Shown: positions 19,921-20,000 of the stretch, one piece after another
Layout: the number at the start of each line of letters is the position of its first letter
Position numbering within the stretch: position 1 is the stretch's first letter
Assembly: GCA_038087875.1 (NCBI GenBank)
Contig: JAXLNO010000696.1
Coordinates: 55,438 to 75,437, forward strand
Reading direction: 5' to 3'
Origin: Malacoraja senta
Taxonomy: Eukaryota
Length of the DNA: 20,000 bases
The notes under the pieces: generated by a model
What the model saw: the letters and a program-made list of their open reading frames with translations, nothing else
What the model was told of the DNA's origin: nothing
Database searches by the model: none
Translations under genes and position numbers: made by a program

Positions 19921-20000
19921 GACAGACACAAATAGCTGAAGTAACTCAGCGGGTCAGGCAGCATCTCTGGAGAAAAGGATAAGGTGACATTTAGGTAAAG
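19921..20000. mobile_element. Arm of the palindromic Penelope-derived element (duplicate of 4866-4946)
   Basis: Reverse complement matches ctttacct..aatgtcacct..ccttttctccagagatgctgcctgacccgctgagttact..ctatttgtgtctgtc. Confidence 0.8.

Overview
Vertebrate genomic DNA, most likely from a cartilaginous fish (skate/ray-like, inferred from the repeat families and the protein; no database search was run). The window is mostly retroelements: L2, CR1 and Rex/Babar-type LINEs, tRNA-derived SINEs and Penelope-like elements. It holds one intact host gene, an IFIT5-like interferon-induced TPR protein on the + strand. The ORF track shows only its large exon 2. A tiny first exon (ATG AG|gtaagg, 8930-8934) sits behind tandem ISRE cores, a TATA box and a GAS-type site. 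It splices in phase 2 across an 8197-nt intron (8935-17131) to exon 2 (17132-18593), giving a 488-aa protein starting MSDTLRESLLVKLDQLQCHFTW. The intron contains a near-full-length decayed CR1 (zinc-finger/esterase ORF1, APE-RT ORF2) and tandem Penelope GIY-YIG fragments. The whole gene is bracketed by an inverted segmental duplication (4866-5945 vs 18970-20000+). Several Penelope-derived short elements carry minimal hammerhead-ribozyme-like cores.
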